From positions 113,578 to 177,577 of the forward strand of contig CAWENF010000014.1 in the NCBI GenBank assembly GCA_963810275.1: DNA of 64,000 bases, read 5' to 3'. Shown here in pieces: positions 18,241 through 29,146 of the stretch (position 1 is its first letter; every line of letters begins with the position of its first letter). The notes below the pieces were generated by a model, which saw only the letters and a list, made by a program, of their open reading frames with translations, ran no database searches and was not told the DNA's origin. The position numbers and the translations under genes were made by a program. Source of the DNA: an uncultured archaeon (GTDB lineage: Archaea > Thermoproteota > Bathyarchaeia > Bathyarchaeales > Bathycorpusculaceae).

Positions 18241-20162
18241 GTGGAGAAAAACTCCGCCACATCTTTTGCCAGAAAACCCGGCTTGTCGGGGATGCAACGC
18301 ATGCCTTTTGTCACCCAAGACGGGATGAAGTTTTTTAGATAATTGCTTCCGAAGCGGTAGTCAAGGAAGAGTATAGCGCCGTAGTCTTCGAGTGTTCGGA
18401 TGGGGCGTCCTGCGGCTTGGCAGGCTTTCTTCATCGCGGGCAAGATATAGCCGTACTCTCTGCCTCTGCCGGGAAAGCGTTCCTCGTAGTATTCTATTTG
18501 GGCTTTAACTCGAGGCGTCGGCTCAGCATACGGCACACCTACAACCATAACCGAGTTCATTTGGTTTCCAGGGAAATCCACTCCCTCCGAGGTTCTACCG
18601 CCCTGCACACCCATAAACACGGCACCTCCCTTGTCTCCGCAGGCTTTGAAGTCCTGCACGAGTTTCTCGTTATCTTTGCTGCTCATTCCACTCTTCTCGT
18701 AGTACAGCGGTTTTAGCAGTGACTGCTCTAAACCCTCTTGTAGTAGGCCGTTGAGGACTTGGAAGCTGGCTGTGAATATACCTGTGTTGGTTGGGGTGCT
18801 GTTGACGACTTCGTTTATACGTTCAATCATGGTCTGGTACATTTTGGGGGTGCGCTGCTCCATCGATGTAGACACGCCAGAGACGACGGCAGAGAAAACG
18901 TGTTCTTTGGGGAAAGGGGAAGGCGCCAAAAACTGCACGGTGCTTGCAGGGAGCTTGGTTATACGGGCGTATGCTTCCAGCGGTTGCAATGTACCCGACA
19001 TGATGACGTTAGCGTAGGTTGCGGAGAAGACGGGTTCAGTGATTTTGGCTGGGTCCAACGCTACGATTTCGAGTTTAGCCGACTTGCTGCCGTCCTTACT
19101 AAAGTACTTGCTCGCCACGTTGATGTAGGACATGTCGTTGACTGTGTCCAGCCAGCGGTTAAGGAAGTCGGCGGTGGCGTTGACGTAGCTTCGGGGGTTC
19201 TTGCCCTCTGCAAGTAGCGCCTTTTTAATTGCCACACCCGCTTCATGCATGTGGATAAAGAAGTCCCTTGGGCGAGGGATGTTGCCCTGTTTCTCTATGA
19301 TTTCCACGATGCGGCTTGCTGAAATAATCTCTTCTTTGCGGATTTTATCTGTTAATGTGTCGACTTCTTGGCGGAAGAAGTGGATGAATTCTTCGATGTC
19401 TTTGTAGCCGAACCGCTCTGCCTCCATCTCCGCCAGCCGCAGAATGAAGAGTGTTAGTTGGCTGCTTGAGATGTCTACGGCGGTTTCGGGAAGGTTGTGG
19501 GCTTCGTCTACGACAAGTATGATTTTGGAGAGGTCGGCTTCAATGTTTTTGAGGAATGGCGTACGGATTTGCTGGTCAAAAACATACAGGTAGCTCAACG
19601 CTATGACTCTCGCGTCGTGAACTGCGCCCTTAACAAGTTCGTAGGGGCAAATCTCGGTTCGTTTGCAGGTTTTGAGGATTTCGGATCCCATGTAGGGTTT
19701 TGTGCAGAGTTGCTGCTGCATCCGAAGGTACTCGTATGTGCGGTTCTCAACGTTACGGTAGTAAGGGCAGCGTCCTTTGGATTTTAGCAGCTCGCAGACT
19801 TCCATGAGCGATTTGGAGTCGAATGCACCCTTGGAGGCGAACGCGTTTATGCACATCTCGTTACGGCCCCGAATTGACACACCCGTGACTGGCCGCCGTT
19901 TGTAGACCTGTCGGAGTTCGTCAATGACGCGGTCATGCTGGCGATGCGTTCGGGCGACGTAGAGGATTTTGAGGTTCTTCTTCATCGCTATAGGCAGCAC
20001 GGCGGAGAGTGAACTGATGGTTTTTCCTAAACCGTTGGCGCCTTCGATTAAAACGGATTTGCGATCGTTGACGGCTTGGTTAACTGTTGTAATGAATTCG
20101 TCTTGGTGGGGGCGGGCGTCGCTGTAGGGGAAGTACTCGATGACTTCGGTTGGCAGCTTCAT
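18216..20162 (-). CDS. xpd: XPD/Rad3 Fe-S DNA helicase
   Basis: Q motif 'RPHQ', 'GANGLGKT', Fe-S cysteines, 'DEAHN', 'SGTL', 'SEGVDF', 'QAAGRPIR'. Confidence 0.92.
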   Translation of the reverse strand: MKLPTEVIEYFPYSDARPHQDEFITTVNQAVNDRKSVLIEGANGLGKTISSLSAVLPIAMKKNLKILYVARTHRQHDRVIDELRQVYKRRPVTGVSIRGRNEMCINAFASKGAFDSKSLMEVCELLKSKGRCPYYRNVENRTYEYLRMQQQLCTKPYMGSEILKTCKRTEICPYELVKGAVHDARVIALSYLYVFDQQIRTPFLKNIEADLSKIILVVDEAHNLPETAVDISSSQLTLFILRLAEMEAERFGYKDIEEFIHFFRQEVDTLTDKIRKEEIISASRIVEIIEKQGNIPRPRDFFIHMHEAGVAIKKALLAEGKNPRSYVNATADFLNRWLDTVNDMSYINVASKYFSKDGSKSAKLEIVALDPAKITEPVFSATYANVIMSGTLQPLEAYARITKLPASTVQFLAPSPFPKEHVFSAVVSGVSTSMEQRTPKMYQTMIERINEVVNSTPTNTGIFTASFQVLNGLLQEGLEQSLLKPLYYEKSGMSSKDNEKLVQDFKACGDKGGAVFMGVQGGRTSEGVDFPGNQMNSVMVVGVPYAEPTPRVKAQIEYYEERFPGRGREYGYILPAMKKACQAAGRPIRTLEDYGAILFLDYRFGSNYLKNFIPSWVTKGMRCIPDKPGFLAKDVAEFFSTQVCASTS

Positions 20163-20830
20163 CTGTGGCGTCCTCCCGTTAGAGGGCAGTACTGGTTAAC
20201 TGGGCAGGTGGAGCAGAGGGGATTGTGTGCTTTGCAGTATTTCCGTCCAAGTCCGATAAGGAGCAGGTGCACAGCGAGGTAATCTTCGGGTTTGAAATAT
20301 GCTTGTAAGCTTAAGCGGACAGCATTGTAGCCGCCCAATAGAGGAGCAAGCCCAAGCCGCCTCGACACACGGTTAACATGAGTATCCACAGGTATGGTGG
20401 GTTTACTTGCACTGAAAAGCAGTACTACATCAGCGGTTTTTGGTCCGACTCCCTGCATCGACATGAACACCTTGCGCGCTTCCTCCAGGGGCATTTCAAG
20501 TATTGTGTCGAGTGAGCCGCCGTAGCAATCAAGAATGACTTGGGAGGCTGCTTTGATGGCTTCCGCCTTGGCCTGCCACAACCCAGCCACCTTGATGCAA
20601 TCTTCAATCTGGCTTACGGGGGCAGCTGCAAGCGCTTTAGGAGTTAACTTAAGGTTTTCTTCGAGCTTTCTGTATGCTCGCTCGGTGTTGGTGTCGGCGG
20701 TGTTCTGAGAAATAATCGTGGCAACCAGCGTCTCAAACGCGTCGGGACCGGCTTTGACTGGTCGCGGCATCTTCAGCGTCTCCTTTAAGGTGGATAGAAT
20801 TGCTGCTGAATTTTGTTGATTTGCCGTCAC
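20159..20830 (-). CDS. nth: endonuclease III (HhH-GPD DNA glycosylase)
   Basis: 'LVATIISQNT', 'GVGPKTA', 'PVDTHV', C-x6-C-x2-C-x5-C. Confidence 0.92.
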   Translation of the reverse strand: MTANQQNSAAILSTLKETLKMPRPVKAGPDAFETLVATIISQNTADTNTERAYRKLEENLKLTPKALAAAPVSQIEDCIKVAGLWQAKAEAIKAASQVILDCYGGSLDTILEMPLEEARKVFMSMQGVGPKTADVVLLFSASKPTIPVDTHVNRVSRRLGLAPLLGGYNAVRLSLQAYFKPEDYLAVHLLLIGLGRKYCKAHNPLCSTCPVNQYCPLTGGRHR

Positions 20831-21107
20831 GTCCGCCCTCGCTTAATGTTTACTGCGAATAGTGCTTGTTCTGGCTATAAATACCATCTTAACAGGAAAA
20901 ACGAAAAGCCAATAGAAAAAGCACTAAAGGAATTCTTTTCGATCGTTAAGTAATTAGGCAAGAACAACCAGCCAGCAAACATTGAAGCTTCAAAATCTCG
21001 CATTGTCCGTGTCCAAAGCCGCTTCGTCCCATATTGCAAATCATGTCACCTATGAGGAAAGTCAGAATCTGTGCTAAAGTGACCAGACCACTTAGCCAGT
21101 ACTGCTG

Positions 21108-21980
21108 CTATAGTCGTGTTAGTTGAACCAGCTTATCCCACAATTTATTTCCCAATTCCTCGTCATTCATGGCTCTATCGGGTCTTCCAACTCGCTTATC
21201 CAACTTAAACAAAGCGCCATTAAGTTCGGCACGGTTTTGATAGGAAAAGAATAGATTCGCAATAGGTTCACCCGCAACCATAGGCGTCTTCGCAAAGAGT
21301 GATGATAATACTTGCCAGAAGAACCCCATAAACCCAGTGGGCCACCTTTTTTTCAGCTCTGGGTCCGATTTATCGATGATGAACGTAGGATTAAATGCTA
21401 CAGAGGTTATCTCTCCAGCGTACCGTCTAGCAATTTCACCAGCGATTGCTCGGTTGCATGTCTTGGTTTTGTTGTATGCAGAGGTTGTTTTGTGTTTTTT
21501 GATGCTTTCAAGGTCATTCCAGTCGAGTTCTTCATTGAAGGGTGCAATCACGTGAAGAACCAATCCGCCTGATTGCTGCAGGCGCTCTAACATCAACTGG
21601 GTGAACAGAAAAGGTCCCATAACGTTTGTGGCAAACATCACTTCGTGACCGCTAGGCAGAATGTTTGGGCCGTTTTGGATTAGCGTAACAGAAGATAAAA
21701 CCAGACCGTTTATGGTTGGAAATCTTTGCAGAGCCTCTGCGGCTGCCTGCCTTACAGAGTCCATGTCTGAGAAGTCAACAACCAATTCGGCAATATCCGA
21801 TTCTTGGCTTTCAATATTGGCTTCTGATAAAGCCACACGGATATAATCTGTCTCAGCATCTAAAGTTTCTAGCTTGCGCCCCAGCAATACAACGTTAGCT
21901 CCACGTTTGGCCAACGCTAATGCAGCACCTTTTCCAACATTTCCTGTTGCACCAGCAATCAAAATTGTCTGCTTATCCAT
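21108..21980 (-). CDS. short-chain dehydrogenase/reductase
   Basis: 'AGATGNVGKG', 'FATNVMGPF', 'YNKTK'. Confidence 0.85.
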   Translation of the reverse strand: MDKQTILIAGATGNVGKGAALALAKRGANVVLLGRKLETLDAETDYIRVALSEANIESQESDIAELVVDFSDMDSVRQAAAEALQRFPTINGLVLSSVTLIQNGPNILPSGHEVMFATNVMGPFLFTQLMLERLQQSGGLVLHVIAPFNEELDWNDLESIKKHKTTSAYNKTKTCNRAIAGEIARRYAGEITSVAFNPTFIIDKSDPELKKRWPTGFMGFFWQVLSSLFAKTPMVAGEPIANLFFSYQNRAELNGALFKLDKRVGRPDRAMNDEELGNKLWDKLVQLTRL

Positions 21981-22535
21981 TTCAATAACCTAATTTTTTC
22001 ATCTATTAAAAGAGCATTAAAAGTAGTTTAAGTATTATGAACAAAAATCGCCATGGCTTTCAAGTTCTTTTCGCGCCTTGTTGGCATCAAGCTTTTTCCG
22101 GTTTTTTCTTTGTGCTATACATTGTCCACACCCACGCGGGTTTTCTCAACATGGATGTATGTTGGGTGTCACGGAAAGTCCTTTGCCACATGGCGTCAAA
22201 AAAAGAACTACAAGCATTCCCAAAAAGCAATTGCAGACACAGCATATATTTTTGTGCCATAAAAGCCACCACACCCACATATAGAGACAAAGCAATCAAC
22301 AAAGCTGCAAAAGGTAATTCTGCATTTAAAATGCTTAGCACAGCCAAACAGCAACCAAACCCACAAACAGACACTAAAACAGGTGCAATTACATCGCCTG
22401 ACAGGAAGAAGAAGTACATTAGGTCAATACGCCACATCTTATAGTCCAAAAAACAAAAACATGAAACTAAACAAACCCATCCAAAAGGTAAATATTTTAA
22501 ACCCAACATCCCAGCATAAACATAGGGCTTCAGGC

Positions 22536-22884
22536 ATGTCCATTTCAGACAACATCAAAAACATTAACCGAGCCCAAATCTCAGCACTCGGATTCTTCGT
22601 AGTCGCAGGCATCCTGCTATTAGCCATGTGCCCCTGTCCAGTTACCCGCCGCACCTGGGTTTTTTGGGTATAGTTAGCCTCATAACCGCCTACAGCATCC
22701 TCACTAAGCGTCCATGGGCAAACTGGCTAATCTTCATCCTCGTTATAATCAACACGGTTTTCGGATTATACACTCTCTCAGCGGTTGGCTTAAGCAACAT
22801 CATAGTTGCAGCTGCATCATTAGCCTACACAGCGTTAACATTGGCAATAGCGGCAGTTTTCTGGTATTCAAACGAAAAGACTAA
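22536..22884 (+). CDS. small four-TM membrane protein, two apparent frameshifts
   Basis: MSISDNIKNINRAQISALGFFVVAGILLLA joins ORF 22628 'PLSSYPPHLGFLGIVSLITAY...'; natural end 'LVFKRKD*' at 22884. Confidence 0.55.
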
Positions 22885-24107
22885 GCCTTGCCGGCTAAAC
22901 CACGATAAAGCAGAACCGCCACCTCTTGGTCAACCTCGACGTACTGCTCGTTTTCGCCAAGCTGCACAAACCCATCAGCCTCAGCCAACCCAGAAACAGC
23001 GCCAGCCGACGATATGGGCTGAGCGATTAAGCGGCACTGCTCATCAAACTCTAAAGTTACAAGCTGGAAACTGCGGCTGCCCTTGGCGCCAAACATTTTA
23101 GCACCTGCAGACGCATGCACCGCCTTCAAACCCGCAGGCGGCCTACCAGCCAAACGCTGTACCACTGTTCGTGCAAACAACTGATACATCAGCAGGCATG
23201 CTGAAGGGTTACTGGGTAAACAGAACACAGGCTTACCAGCCACAAATGCTGCAGCGAAAGTTTTGCCCGGTTTCACTGCGATTCCGTTTACGACAACAGC
23301 GTCCTTGCTTAGGGTTTCAGCTGCTTCGGCTACGAAGGATTCTGAACCGCATGCGATAACCACGTCGCAGGAAGCCAAAGCCGCCTTCAAAACATCAACC
23401 AACCTTTTCCCACCAGCGACCGCACCCATATACACGGGTTTAGCACCACATTCCATAACCGCTGTACATATGCAGTAAGCATTCAAATCATACATTTTGC
23501 CCAAAGCCAAAGGCTTACCAAGCTCGTTAACATCGGAACCCACCGAAAACACAGCAACCATAGGGATTTTCTGCACCTTCACCTGTGTATAGCCTAAAGC
23601 GGATAGGACACCGATTTCCGAGGAACCCAAAACCTGCCCCTTCTGGAGGACAACTGTGCCTTTTTTGATGTCGGAGCCCTTGCCCAGCAGGTTTTCGCAA
23701 GCATTTGCCACGGAATAGATTTGCAGTTCATTGTCCACGCGATTGGTATCTTCGACGGCAACAACTACATCTACGCCCTCAGGCAAAACTGCCCCCGCCA
23801 TAACCTCAACTGCTTCGCCCGCTTTGATAGGGACGGCTGGGATATCATCTGCGCCAATACAGCCCACAACCTTGAGGGCAACTGGGTTTTCCTCCGACGC
23901 ATCAGCAGTGTCTGTAACTTTTAGGGCATAACCGTTGACTTTAGCGGTAGAATACGCTGGAATATCGATTAGGGATACAATGTCTAAGGCTAATACGCGG
24001 TTGGCAGCTTCCAGCAGCACAGCCTCTTCCTCACCCAAAAAAGCAACTTTAAAGTGGGATTCTACCGCACGTTTGGCCTCCTCGTAAGTCAACAGTTTCC
24101 GAATCAT
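22881..24107 (-). CDS. moeA: molybdopterin molybdenumtransferase MoeA family (divergent)
   Basis: 'RVLALDIVS', 'NGYAL', 'GAVLPEG', 'VKPGK', 'LPSNP', 'EADGF'. Confidence 0.85.
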   Translation of the reverse strand: MIRKLLTYEEAKRAVESHFKVAFLGEEEAVLLEAANRVLALDIVSLIDIPAYSTAKVNGYALKVTDTADASEENPVALKVVGCIGADDIPAVPIKAGEAVEVMAGAVLPEGVDVVVAVEDTNRVDNELQIYSVANACENLLGKGSDIKKGTVVLQKGQVLGSSEIGVLSALGYTQVKVQKIPMVAVFSVGSDVNELGKPLALGKMYDLNAYCICTAVMECGAKPVYMGAVAGGKRLVDVLKAALASCDVVIACGSESFVAEAAETLSKDAVVVNGIAVKPGKTFAAAFVAGKPVFCLPSNPSACLLMYQLFARTVVQRLAGRPPAGLKAVHASAGAKMFGAKGSRSFQLVTLEFDEQCRLIAQPISSAGAVSGLAEADGFVQLGENEQYVEVDQEVAVLLYRGLAGKA

Positions 24108-24172
24108 GCTTTTTGCACTTCACTAAGGGAGTCATCAGGTTAACGTAAAAACATATCGAAGCCACTTGGAGA

Positions 24173-24676
24173 TTAGTTGACTACTTCGATGTTAAGCACA
24201 CAAAAGTTCCCAGTGAACACGTAGCCGCCCCACTCGTTCTGCATCCACAACTCAAAAACCACCGAATGCGCCCCAACCGTGTTCTCCGACACCAACATTT
24301 GAGTCTGCATTGTTTGCCCGTCTGGCACAGCCAAATCCACAGTGCTGATTGGATCAACAGGGACACCGTTAGGGATACTTACGGGCAGGTACTCTGCGAT
24401 TTTAACCTGTACCTGATAGTTTTTGTCCATGTTTTGGTGGTTGCTAACCTGCACGTAGACACTAAAACTGCTGTTTTGGTTTGCGACTAAAACCGTGGGG
24501 TAATTGATGGCTTGCTGCTCTGTATCCAGCAGGCTTATGCTACTATACGGTTCAGGTTTAGGCCCAAACCAAACGTAGTAAACAGCCACCGTTGCGGCGA
24601 CAACGATTAAGGCGATGAAAACTGCCGCTAAAACGCCGCGGTCATCGCTTAAACCGATTCGCCTTCCAATGCGCAT
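24173..24676 (-). CDS. DUF1616-like membrane-anchored protein
   Basis: N-terminal TM, 'EPYSSISLL....AINYP', 'VVFELW'. Confidence 0.65.
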   Translation of the reverse strand: MRIGRRIGLSDDRGVLAAVFIALIVVAATVAVYYVWFGPKPEPYSSISLLDTEQQAINYPTVLVANQNSSFSVYVQVSNHQNMDKNYQVQVKIAEYLPVSIPNGVPVDPISTVDLAVPDGQTMQTQMLVSENTVGAHSVVFELWMQNEWGGYVFTGNFCVLNIEVVN

Positions 24677-25379
24677 AGCAAACCCTGAATGTCTTTGCAT
24701 CCAAAAACCCCTTAAAGATAGTGCTAAAAATCCTAATTCCCGACTGCAGAGGCCTCAGCTTAGTTTCACCATAAGTTCTGGGCTTATAGGTTGTGGGAAT
24801 CTCCGCCATGTTATAGCCTTCCCTTGCGAACTGAATCAACATCTCTGTGGCAAACGGCATGTCAGTTTCCTTGAAGTTCACGCTGTCATACTTGTCACGG
24901 TCGATAGCGCGGAAACCCGACTGGGTGTCGCTTAGGAATTGGCTGTAGAAGAAGTCATATGTGAAGGTGATGGCTTTGTTGCCAAGGAAATTGAAGAAAC
25001 CCATAGCTTTTTTGGGGTCATACATTCGGGTAGCTAAAACCAAGTCAGCGTCTTTCTCAACTAAGCGGCTGACTAAGCGGTCAATGTGCTTAAATTCGTA
25101 GGTTCCGTCTGCATCAACCATGATTAGAATGTTGCCTTTAGCGTTTTTCAAGCCAGTCCGAAGCGCCAAGCCGTAGCCACGTCTGGGTTCAATGATGAGA
25201 CGGCATTTGCCCGTCTGCTTAACTAAGTCAATTGTACCGTCGGTAGAGTTGCCGTCAACTATTATAATTTCTTTGGGGTAAGTAGTGTACTTGTCGATTG
25301 TGTTGATGGCGTCAAGTATTGTTCCTGCTTCGTTAAGTGTTGGGAGGACCACCGAGACTAGTTCAACTTTGGAAGTCAT
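24642..25379 (-). CDS. GT2 glycosyltransferase (DPM synthase-like)
   Basis: 'VVLPTLNE', 'VDGNSTDGT', 'GYGLA', 'DADGTY', 'DTQSGFR'. Confidence 0.9.
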   Translation of the reverse strand: MTSKVELVSVVLPTLNEAGTILDAINTIDKYTTYPKEIIIVDGNSTDGTIDLVKQTGKCRLIIEPRRGYGLALRTGLKNAKGNILIMVDADGTYEFKHIDRLVSRLVEKDADLVLATRMYDPKKAMGFFNFLGNKAITFTYDFFYSQFLSDTQSGFRAIDRDKYDSVNFKETDMPFATEMLIQFAREGYNMAEIPTTYKPRTYGETKLRPLQSGIRIFSTIFKGFLDAKTFRVCYAHWKANRFKR

Positions 25380-25424
25380 CAGGTAACATCCGTTCTGTGA
25401 GGTTATATTGTTTCCGTCTTGATG

Positions 25425-26591
25425 TTAAATAAGCTCTTCGTATAATTCCGTTAGCCTTAAAACGTTTGCGTCCCAGCTGAACCGTTCCTCGACTAACGAG
25501 TGGATTTCAGAGCGCTGTAAAGTGAAGTCTCTGGCTGCAAGTTCCAGTATTGCGTCGGCTAACATCTCAGGGTTGCTGGGAGGAACCATTTTGCCGTACT
25601 CTTTGGGCAGGATTTCTTTTATGCCGCCCACGTCTGTTGCCACAACAGGCAACCCACACGCCATCGCCTCATTAGCAACCAGCGGCAGCCCCTCCCCAGA
25701 TTTGGAGGGCAACACAAACAAATCCGCTAAATTGTAGTACGAAGGCAAATCAAAGTCACTTACAAAGCCCGTAAGGCGGAAGTTGCTGGATAATCCAAGT
25801 TGCGCCACCTGGGCTCGGACGCTTTCCAAGTCGGGGCCCTTCCCAACGGCAACAAATACAATTTTGGGTTTTTTTGCTACGACAAGTTTGGCGCAGTCGA
25901 GCAGAGTGTCGACTCCGTTCTTGTAAACTAGTCTGCGGACAGTTAAAGCTACCACAGCATCAATAGGGATGCCGAGTTTGCGCCGCATTTCATCACGCCT
26001 ACCCTTGATGATGTTGAAGCGTTTTGTGTCGACGCCGTTGTAGATCACTGTTATTTTCTTTGGCTTAGCGCCCAATCGTAGCACATAGTTTTTGGTTGCA
26101 CCACTGATGGCTACTATTTTGTCTGCTGCGCTGAGGTTTTGTTTCCCTACAGAGAGGTCATTAATTAATTCAATTTGGTCGAAGATATTGTTGTATTCTA
26201 TGAACGTGTTGTGTTGTGTTAAGATGAAGGGTTTACCATAAAACTTTGCTAGTTTCCCAGCAAGAAGCGAAGTGAGATAAGGGTGTCCGTGGGCGTGCAC
26301 TATGTTTGTGGCTTTGACGTTTTTTGTAAAGACGAGAAAGCTGGGGATTGTTGGTATCGAGTAGGGAATTCCGAGGCGGAAGCCGGTGTTTATTGATTCG
26401 TAGCATTCAACAGGAACGCCATCCACTACATACCTCGTGGGCGTGTCGATGCGGTTAGTAACCACTTTGGGCAAATAGTTCAGGTGCAGCAGCCGTTTGC
26501 TCTGCTCGTTTGTGACTATTTCTATACCGCCAACATGAGGCAGAAAAGTATGTGTAATTATGCAAACGCAATTTTTAGCCATAGATGCCAA
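25425..26591 (-). CDS. GT4 glycosyltransferase
   Basis: 'GGIE', 'IYNGVD', 'EGLPLVANEAMACGLPVV'. Confidence 0.9.
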   Translation of the reverse strand: MASMAKNCVCIITHTFLPHVGGIEIVTNEQSKRLLHLNYLPKVVTNRIDTPTRYVVDGVPVECYESINTGFRLGIPYSIPTIPSFLVFTKNVKATNIVHAHGHPYLTSLLAGKLAKFYGKPFILTQHNTFIEYNNIFDQIELINDLSVGKQNLSAADKIVAISGATKNYVLRLGAKPKKITVIYNGVDTKRFNIIKGRRDEMRRKLGIPIDAVVALTVRRLVYKNGVDTLLDCAKLVVAKKPKIVFVAVGKGPDLESVRAQVAQLGLSSNFRLTGFVSDFDLPSYYNLADLFVLPSKSGEGLPLVANEAMACGLPVVATDVGGIKEILPKEYGKMVPPSNPEMLADAILELAARDFTLQRSEIHSLVEERFSWDANVLRLTELYEELI

Positions 26592-26639
26592 CAGCTAACC
26601 CAGAACGGAGCGCTGTATTAAAATTTACGGAAAAAGTGA

Positions 26640-27125
26640 CTAAGCTTTTACGCCGCCAGCCGCCTTAAGCGCCTTCGTATACACGTTGCTTGATGCACCC
26701 GCAACCAAAGCGCCAATAGCATCGTTGGTTAACGGGGGCAACTCGCTCAGGATGCCGGGTTTGGCTTGGTCAAATCTGACAAACTCAAACATACCCCTTG
26801 AACCCCCGATGTAAGTAGCAATAGCGATGCCGATAAGTTCATCCGCAACCAACCCAGGCTTGCCCATGAAGCGCTCCACGGACAAACCTGGAATCCTGCC
26901 ATTCTGAGCTTCTTCCTGCGCATGAAACGCGGCAACGATGAGTGTGGAAACGTTGACATCTTCGAGTATGTCGAGAAACTCTTCAGTTAGAAGTGCCGTG
27001 GCTTTTTCAAATGTCTCTATGCCTGGGTGAGGCACATACATTTCAAGAGCACTGTCGATTAGGCTTTTAAGTGAGATTCCCTTGCCTTCGAGGTATGTTA
27101 AGAGCGGCGGGTTGGGTTTGGTCAT
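26640..27125 (-). CDS. cobZ: alpha-ribazole-phosphate phosphatase CobZ (archaeal PgpA-like)
   Basis: 'LVADELIGIAIATYIGG..GMFEFVRFDQAKPGIL..LPP..NDAIGALVAG'; divergent from cob operon. Confidence 0.85.
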   Translation of the reverse strand: MTKPNPPLLTYLEGKGISLKSLIDSALEMYVPHPGIETFEKATALLTEEFLDILEDVNVSTLIVAAFHAQEEAQNGRIPGLSVERFMGKPGLVADELIGIAIATYIGGSRGMFEFVRFDQAKPGILSELPPLTNDAIGALVAGASSNVYTKALKAAGGVKA

Positions 27126-27370
27126 GGTTTTTCGCCGCTTTTTTAGTGGGTGATGTTTGTTTTAAGTGTTGTGAGACGGTATTGCGTAAGCCTTATATGA
27201 AAAGGGTGGATAAACCAACCAACACGGTTGCAGGAAATAGCTAAACATAAAGCAAACCAAGCTGAATCCAGCCAAAAAATCAGGTTTCAGCGATCACATT
27301 TAATGTTTGACAAGTAAAACCTATATTTTCCTGTTTAACCGTTCCTAGTAAATCAGGAGTAAAACCAGCT

Positions 27371-28039
27371 ATGAAAGTTGTTGCTTCATGGAGCGGCGGC
27401 AAAGATAGCGCCTACGCATACGTCCTTGCCAAACAGCAAGGCCACCAAGTCCTATCACTCTTAACAATGATGATGAGCGAGGAGAAATCCAATTTCCACA
27501 TGATACCCACAGGCATACTTGACGCTCAAGCTAACGCCATCAGGTTGCCTCTGCTTAAGAAAACAACCTCAGCCGAAACCTATGAAGCCGACTTCAAAGG
27601 CGTCCTAACCGATTTCAAAAATCAAGGTGCAGAGGGCCTGGTGACAGGCGACATCTACGAGGTTGCTGGACATGAAGAAGGATGGTTAGCGCGCATCCTG
27701 AAAGAAGTTGGTTTAGTAGCCGTTAAGCCGCTTTGGATGGGGGACACAAAGCAGATTTACCTTGACTACCTCAAGTCGGGTTTGAAAGCCACCGTTGTCC
27801 GCACCAACCGCGAACTAAGCTTAGATTGGCTGGGACGAGTTTTGGACCACCAATTCTACGATGACATCCTAAAACTGTCAGGCGTGGATCCCTGCGGTGA
27901 AGGCGGCGAATACCACACCGTCATAACCGACGGCCCAGACTTTATTCAAAAGGTCGAGATTCTGGAAGGGGAAAAGAAACGCTTAGATAACGGGTTTGGC
28001 TACATGGAAATAAAGAAGTGGAAAGTAACCTCCAAGTAA
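27371..28039 (+). CDS. Dph6-like PP-loop ATP pyrophosphatase
   Basis: 'SWSGGKDS', 'GDI', 'PLW', 'DPCGEGGEYHT'. Confidence 0.85.
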   Translation: MKVVASWSGGKDSAYAYVLAKQQGHQVLSLLTMMMSEEKSNFHMIPTGILDAQANAIRLPLLKKTTSAETYEADFKGVLTDFKNQGAEGLVTGDIYEVAGHEEGWLARILKEVGLVAVKPLWMGDTKQIYLDYLKSGLKATVVRTNRELSLDWLGRVLDHQFYDDILKLSGVDPCGEGGEYHTVITDGPDFIQKVEILEGEKKRLDNGFGYMEIKKWKVTSK

Positions 28040-28047
28040 GGTTGACC

Positions 28048-29139
28048 ATGATGGATGTTCTTGTTGCGAATAATGAGTTGAAAGCAAAAGCTTTCCTTGA
28101 AGAAATCGAAGCCAAAAACCCCCTGTTTATAGCGACCATTGCCACGACTGAGACGGGTAAGATACCCGGGTTGTCGGCGGCTGGCGCAAATCCTGACTTC
28201 ACCGATTTTACGCCTCCTGCGGATGCGGAGCTGCTGCTTCTCGGCAAATGCCGCTCAATTCAGGGCGTCCCAATCACTCCAGATGGCATACCAACACCAG
28301 CACTCATAACAACTTCTGCGTTGCACATAGCAGACATTCCAGTGCTTGTCGTTAACGGAGGCGTAAAAGTCAAGCCCCAAATCCCCTACATTGACGTAAA
28401 CGGCAACCCTGGACGCGACATCCGAACAGGCAACAGCGTTGACAACGTCGAAGAAGTCATCGAACGCTCATCAGTCGTAGGCGAGCAACTTGCCAAATCG
28501 GCAGGTTACCTTGTTATCGGCGAATCCATCCCAGGAGGCACCACCACTGCGTTGGGCGTCTTGACAGCTATGGGCATTAACGCTCATGGGAAAGTCAGCA
28601 GCACCCTGCCAGAGAACCCCCACAATCTAAAAACCCAAGTTGTCGAAAGCGGACTAAAAGCAGCTGGAGAGAAGTTCGGCAACTTCAGAGGCGATCCAAT
28701 AAAGTCGGTTTCTGCAATTGGTGACCCCATGATGGCGGCTGTTGCAGGCTTAGTGATTGGTGGCAGCAGGCAGGGTCCAGTATTGATGGCTGGCGGAACC
28801 CAAATGACCGCCGTCTTAGCAGTGATAAACGTTCTCAAGCCCGAAGCTCTGTGTAACATTGCAGTCGGAACCACCAGATGGGTAACAAAAGACAAGTCCA
28901 GCGACATTGTAGGCATAATTAAACAGTTCTGCGATGTACCAGTCCTTGCAGCAGACCTCGATTTCGGTCCTTCCCAGTATCCGGGACTGCAAATCTACGA
29001 AACAGGTCTAGTCAAAGAAGGCGTAGGCGCAGGTGGCTCATCAATTGCCGCCATGGCGAAAACTGGCGGCGCAGTTACTAAGCAAATTCTTCTTAAGGAG
29101 ATAGAGCGTAACTATGCCTCACTGAAGCAATCAAAGTGA
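28048..29139 (+). CDS. cobT: archaeal-type NaMN:DMB phosphoribosyltransferase CobT
   Basis: 'TPPADAELL', 'PTPALIT', 'GESIPGGTTTA', 'GDPM', 'AGGTQM', 'KEGVGAGG'. Confidence 0.9.
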   Translation: MMDVLVANNELKAKAFLEEIEAKNPLFIATIATTETGKIPGLSAAGANPDFTDFTPPADAELLLLGKCRSIQGVPITPDGIPTPALITTSALHIADIPVLVVNGGVKVKPQIPYIDVNGNPGRDIRTGNSVDNVEEVIERSSVVGEQLAKSAGYLVIGESIPGGTTTALGVLTAMGINAHGKVSSTLPENPHNLKTQVVESGLKAAGEKFGNFRGDPIKSVSAIGDPMMAAVAGLVIGGSRQGPVLMAGGTQMTAVLAVINVLKPEALCNIAVGTTRWVTKDKSSDIVGIIKQFCDVPVLAADLDFGPSQYPGLQIYETGLVKEGVGAGGSSIAAMAKTGGAVTKQILLKEIERNYASLKQSK

Positions 29140-29146
29140 GACACGC

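Noticed and set aside
22037-22509. Overlapping ORFs on both strands in an AT-rich gap
   Set aside because: No recognisable motifs; at most a decayed membrane-protein gene on the minus strand
27126-27370. Possible cobalamin riboswitch between cobZ and the cob operon
   Set aside because: No B12-box or conserved core seen; only a short inverted repeat and TATA-like elements
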